From: Marsupella aquatica | Lineage: Eukaryota > Plantae > Marchantiophyta | Direction of reading: 5' to 3' | Assembly (NCBI GenBank): GCA_973895155.1 | Contig: OZ316892.1 | Span: 23,475,168-23,539,167 of the forward strand | DNA: 64,000 bases | Shown here: piece by piece, positions 58,986 to 64,000 of the stretch | How the letters are laid out: each line of letters starts with the position of its first letter | Position numbering within the stretch: position 1 is the stretch's first letter | Translations under genes and position numbers: made by a program | Notes under the pieces: model-generated | Told to the model about the DNA's origin: nothing | Seen by the model: only the letters and a program-made list of their open reading frames with translations | The model's database searches: none

Positions 58986-61950
58986 TGTTAGATATTGCTC
59001 TAGTCTTGTGACTCATGAGCTAACCATAGTTAGTCTAACTCAGGTTAGGACTTAGCTAATGTTAGCGGTAGTGCTGTTGTGCATATAGCCAGGGCTGATA
59101 CCAGACCCTGGTGGAACTTAAGCTCATTGTTACGGAGCTAGTTGAGAGATAGGGAGAGCTTGTGCTGTGGATGCTTGGTATGGCCGGTCGGCCTAGAGTG
59201 TAGTAAGGCTACGTCCATGTGTTCCCGTGGACGTAGCCTCATGTGGAGGTGAACCACGTATCTCTCTGTGTCGACTCTTGTGCGTTGGATGGTTCATGGG
59301 CTTGCCGTTGTGAATGTCGTCTATGCTCAACAAGTGGTATCAGAGTGGCGGCGACTTGCGCAGTGCCGGCCGGCGCGCGCCTCGCTGCCTCGGCCCTCGC
59401 CGGTGACGCCCGACCAGTCGCCGATCGCACCCCCTTTCGGCCCCGACCCCGACTTCGAGGCAACCACGTTTTATCCCCGGCCCTGCCTTGTATTCTTGCC
59501 TCGCGCCCCCGCGCCCTAGGCCTTAGCGCACCCCCACGCCCTTACGCCCGTGCTGTCGTCCGCCGTGAAGCGGCTGCTTTTTACTCTCGGCCCCCGCTTG
59601 TACGCCCTGTACACCCACTGGCCCGCCTCGCGTCGCGCATATGTGGATGCGCGTTTTGGGGCGTATTTTTGCTAAGGGGCCATTCACCCCCTTTAGTGCC
59701 CAATGTTAGCCTTTTTCCCTCTCCCTTGGTTGTCCCTTGTGTCGGGACCTGCCACCCTCCATTTTAATCGCTCCAACAGGGGGAACGGCCCCCCTGTGAG
59801 ACCTGTCGGACTATGTGAGAATATTCTCGAAAAACAAAGAGCTGTTTTTTGGCCGTTCAACAAAGATTCTGTCCGCCGAACAATAATTTTTTTGGTTCTT
59901 TTTCGGTGAGGTCGTAGCCACTGGAGTTAGCAACGCGGCGCACCGATCACATTGCAATTCTGACGACGGGTTGTACTTGGTAATTTGGTTATTCTCCGAG
60001 GTGGTCAAAACGGGGGAGTTTCCCAAGGTTTTACCCACCCCGACCAAGATTTGAATAACTTTTCCGTCAAATTTTGATTTTAATTTCGGTTTTTAGTATT
60101 GGACTCCTAGCTTCGTGGGCTACGCGGCGGTGTTGAGTTTTGAGTTTTGTGAGAAGTTTCAAAAAAAGACATTTTTTGTGATTGTTTCATATGAGTGACT
60201 CGGAGGATACTGGAAGAATTGGCATCGGTAGAGCTTCAGGATCGCGACGGTCAGACGGTGAGTCTGAGGAGGAGCTGCTACCGTTTGAGATGGAACTAGT
60301 GACACTGGTTTGATCACCGGTGCGGCGTGCAGTGGAGGAAGCTGTGTTACTACCAGAGCTGTCGGTAGTTGGAAAGAAGAGGGAGATGGCTAGATTTGGA
60401 GGAGTGAAGTTTGAGGTGGAGAAGTATGATGGTCGTACTAACTACTTGTTGTGGGAGAAGCAAGTGAAGGGTGTTCTACGAGCCATGGGCTTAGCTCATT
60501 TGCTTTCATCGCGAGAGCAGTATGATGGAGAGCAGGAGATTTATGTGAGACAATGGAGATAGGAGCAGGTGATTGCTGTCAATGCAGTGATGCTATATCT
60601 CAAGCCGCACATCATCAAGCAGCTGGATGATTATGCGGATTGCGCGTCACTGTTCAAGGCTCTAAGAGAGAAGTACTACCGGGAAGATGCGTCAGACCGG
60701 CTGTACAAGAAGTCTCTCTTGATGAGCCTCAGGCTCAAGGAAGGAAGCAAGATGCAGGATCACCTGGATGAGTTTGATAGTCTAGCGGTGGATCTGTCAA
60801 ACCTAGGAAAAGGAGTTGAAGATGAGGATAAGGCCTTGCTTCTGCTAAGCTCCTTACCGCCGTTATATCAAGGCTTGAAACAGGTGCTCTTGTATAGAGA
60901 TCTGAAGTTCATTTCGTATAATGAGGTGGTGAGTTCATTACTGTCTGATGTCTGATGCTCAGAAAAAGTTGGGTCAATCACAGACAGCATCTTCTTCTGG
61001 CACTACGCTAAACGTGAACCGTGGGAGAGCAGCGCAGCTCACAAATGGGCAGAACAGGTTTAGATCTACATCACGAGGGAAATCTAAATCCAGAGGGAAA
61101 TCGCAAGAGAGGAAGCCTCTTGCATGTTGGAATTGTGGCAAGCCTGGCCACATGAAAAGGGATTGTCGAGTAAAGGTCCCTACTGCATCTGCTAACGCGG
61201 CATCAAGCTCGCATGAGGTAGATTTACTCGATGATGATGACATATTGTGATGCCAAGGTTATGCTCTCAACGTAGTGTCAAATCCAGGTAGTGATGACTG
61301 GATTCTAGATAGTGCATGTACTTTTCACATTTTCTCTAGGAGAGATTTTTTCAGTTCTTACATGGTTTCCAACGGGTCAGTGTTGATGGGAAATGGAATC
61401 CCATGTCAAGTTGTTGGACTTGGATCTGTAAGATTTCAGATGTTTGATGGTGCTGTGAGAACGTTGAGGAATGTGAGACATATTCCCAGCATGATGAAAA
61501 ATCTCATTTCACTTGGAGTTTTAGAAGCAAATGGCCATTAGTGGAGTTCTGCTAATGGTGTCCTTCAGGTTTCAATTGGTACTAAAGTTGTATTGAAGGG
61601 AAAGAGACATAGCAATCTATACATTTTGGATGGCAGTGTAGTTTGTGATGAAGCCAATGTAACCTTATCTCATGAGGAGACGGCCCGGCTGTGGCATGCA
61701 CTTCCGTTTGGGCCACATGAGTGAAAAAAGTTTGGCTATTCTTCAGAAAAAAGGATTATTTTCTAATTTGAAATCTTGTAAGTTGGAATTTTGTGAGCAC
61801 TGTGTGTTTGGGAAGCAGCACAGGAAACCCTTTGGAGTTGGAGCTCACACCAGCAAGGAGGTACTTGAGTATGTACATAGTGATGTGTGAGGTCCAGCCA
61901 CTACTCCCTCACATTCTGGACGATTATACTATGTCACGTTCATAGACGAT
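58986..61950 (+). mobile_element. Ty1/copia copy 2 (same family): 5' LTR, leader, gag-PR-start of integrase; continues beyond the gypsy insertion
   Basis: LTR 58986-59332 (TGTTAG...CAACA), PBS TGGTATCAGAG at 59335, gag/PR at 60191-61950 with stops and 4-bp frameshifts. Expected TSD CAACC. Confidence 0.95.
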
Positions 61951-64000
61951 TGTGACGCCGCCGGTACGGCGGTTAATGAGTGATTCAGTCTAATTGCGCT
62001 CGGCACGCGCGTTAGGTGGGTCTTAGGCCGCTATTATTAGCATAACGACAGTATTTAGGTAATCATTAGGGGTAGGACATCATTAGGCAATAAGGGGGAC
62101 TTCAGGTTCGGGCTGCCGGCGGGTCGCTATTCGCACACCCGGATTACGAGCGTGGAGGGGCCCCTCCCTCGGGTCCGTATAACGAACTTAAGGAAGCGGC
62201 CACTGACGCACGCTGACTCAGACCGGCGGAGTGGCCGGTACACCACAAGCGTGAGCGGTTCAACCTATGGGCGTCGAGGAGACGTCGGGGATCGACAAGC
62301 CCTCAAAAGTATAAAAGGGGAGCCAACCCTTTGTAGTGCACCAGTCCATCAGTCCGCGCGCCAGCTTCGACCCCAGCTCTCTCGTTCGCTCTAGGTCGCC
62401 ACTACTATCTCCTCTGAATGTCGCACACGATCCTCTCCAGCTCGGCCATTCGATTCTGGACGCAATTCCTATCTACCGGAAGGCACTTGGCCGATTCATT
62501 GAAACACGCCAACCCGCGCCGATACGAGATCGAACGCGAATACGAGAGAGCCATCCGCCTAGCAGGACGACACCACTACGTCCTTAACTTTGACTACCCG
62601 TCTCAGAGCGAGCTTTACCGACCAGCTGAGGTATCTGGGTACTTCTTCAACGGAGACAAATATATCGGGTTCTGGGAAGCATTGCTTTGGCTTCCGGACG
62701 AGGTCTTCAATATCCCGGGTACAATCGACCTGCAGCGACATCACTTCGACCACATCCCTGCCCAGGTTCGGGCTGTCATTAACGGCGAGTCCAGTACCAA
62801 CCGTTCGACAAGGGCGTCCGCACTCGCTTCGGAGAACTTCTACCAGCACCTGCAGAGCTTCATGGGAACTCGGCCATCAACCAACATGACCAACTCAGCC
62901 GGGCCCGTACCCGTACCCGTACCCGTGCCCATGCAACCCCAGCCTCAACTTCAGCCTCAGCCTCAGCCGCAGCCTAGCCAAACCCCACCACCTATCACCC
63001 AGCCAGCACAGGTACGCTCCGTCATCAACGCTGTGGATCTTAGCGATGACGACGAGGCTACCCCACCCTTGACCAGGCGGCCCAGAGGAACAAGCGCTCG
63101 GGGGGCCGACACTATATCGTCCCCACCCCCTGCTCTGACCCCAGGAGCGGCCCCAGCAGACAACATAGTGACCGTGGCCGCCCCGGGGCCGTTACCAACC
63201 GCAGTGGCACTCCCCAGGCCCGATCGGGAGGATGGGGAAGTATCACCTTCCCCGAGTCAGTCACGGGGAAAGAAGAGGAAGGAATCCGCCACTGCGTCCG
63301 GGTTACCGTTGGCCACGGTAGCCGTAGCCAAGGTGACGATGCATCGCATGGGGGAAAACGTTCATAGCAACATCCTCCATCCCAAGCATGCGGTGTACCT
63401 GAAGACTCAGGGATTTGAGCACCTCACCTCTCTCCCCTGGAACACTTGCAGGTACTACGGGGAGGACATGACAGAATTCGTCAAGAATTATGACGACGTA
63501 CGTCAACAGACTCGGCTGCGGAGAAGGAATATGTCCCTCACAGAAGAACGGCTCAAGATGATCTTCGGGTTACCCGAAGGTGACCATCGAGTCGAATCAC
63601 GGGCTCCCGGGGGCAAGGGGGCCAAGTACCAATCTTCAAGTTTTCCCTCAGAAGGAGTAGTAGACAACGGGTTCGTGATGAGGACCTGCCTCGTGCCCGA
63701 GATAGCTGAGCGGTTGGAGTTCCAGAGGTACGCTCTCCACATGATGGAACCCCGGGGGGAGATCTCCGCCGCCCAGGTTATCCAGGTCGAGAACTATCGA
63801 CCTAGGAAATGGGCGTCGTACTTCGCTAAGAAATTCCATGAAGAGATGGAGCGGCGAAGGAAGACGCTGTACATTGGCGGGAAGGCGTATTTCGCTAGCC
63901 ACATCGAAATCATTCTTGAGTGGTACGCCCGGTTTGATCGACGAACCCTTCCCCGCATCAACGTTACAAAGCTGGTCCCAGCTAGGTGGGTTTTTCCGGC
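61951..64000 (+). mobile_element. Gypsy LTR (third copy of the family) inserted in the copia-2 integrase
   Basis: TGTGACGCCGCCGG starts right after ...gttcatagacgat; copia copy 1 continues tactcaagg at this point (about 34325). Expected TSD ACGAT. Confidence 0.95.
62418..64000 (+). CDS. LTR-encoded ORF, apparently intact copy (at least 527 codons, runs off the window)
   Basis: My manual translation from ATG 62418 (MSHTILSSSAIRFWTQ...HIPAQVRAVIN...MTNSAGPVPVP...YLKTQGFEHL...RWVFP) has no stop up to 64000. Confidence 0.85.
   Translation, partial: MSHTILSSSAIRFWTQFLSTGRHLADSLKHANPRRYEIEREYERAIRLAGRHHYVLNFDYPSQSELYRPAEVSGYFFNGDKYIGFWEALLWLPDEVFNIPGTIDLQRHHFDHIPAQVRAVINGESSTNRSTRASALASENFYQHLQSFMGTRPSTNMTNSAGPVPVPVPVPMQPQPQLQPQPQPQPSQTPPPITQPAQVRSVINAVDLSDDDEATPPLTRRPRGTSARGADTISSPPPALTPGAAPADNIVTVAAPGPLPTAVALPRPDREDGEVSPSPSQSRGKKRKESATASGLPLATVAVAKVTMHRMGENVHSNILHPKHAVYLKTQGFEHLTSLPWNTCRYYGEDMTEFVKNYDDVRQQTRLRRRNMSLTEERLKMIFGLPEGDHRVESRAPGGKGAKYQSSSFPSEGVVDNGFVMRTCLVPEIAERLEFQRYALHMMEPRGEISAAQVIQVENYRPRKWASYFAKKFHEEMERRRKTLYIGGKAYFASHIEIILEWYARFDRRTLPRINVTKLVPARWVFP

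Overview
Land-plant nuclear DNA (host genes: an OVATE-family protein and a serine carboxypeptidase-like gene; BTB and F-box remnants; possibly a bryophyte, but the species cannot be determined from this window). About 60% of the window is transposon sequence. A Ty1/copia element (6301-37375, TSD AGCTC) is interrupted by a large TIR DNA transposon (9607-33961, 25-bp TIRs, 4-bp TSD AAAG, Sola-like DDD transposase on the minus strand). That element is in turn interrupted by a Ty3/gypsy element (15714-29055). A second copy of the same copia family (58986 onward) is interrupted by another LTR of the same gypsy family (61951 onward). Two things stand out. (1) The DNA transposon carries a spliced gene for a ParB/Srx-like plus N4/N6 amino-DNA-methyltransferase-like (DIPY) fusion protein, an F-box-like ORF and other cargo. 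It also has about 20 copies of the palindrome CGATAAATTTATCG, found in its introns and intergenic spacers. Together these look like a 'ParB/parS-like plus methylase' module in a eukaryotic transposon. (2) The ~4-kb gypsy LTR itself contains a ~880-codon ORF, downstream of its TATA box and upstream of the PBS. Domain calls come from motif recognition by eye and need HMM or structure confirmation.
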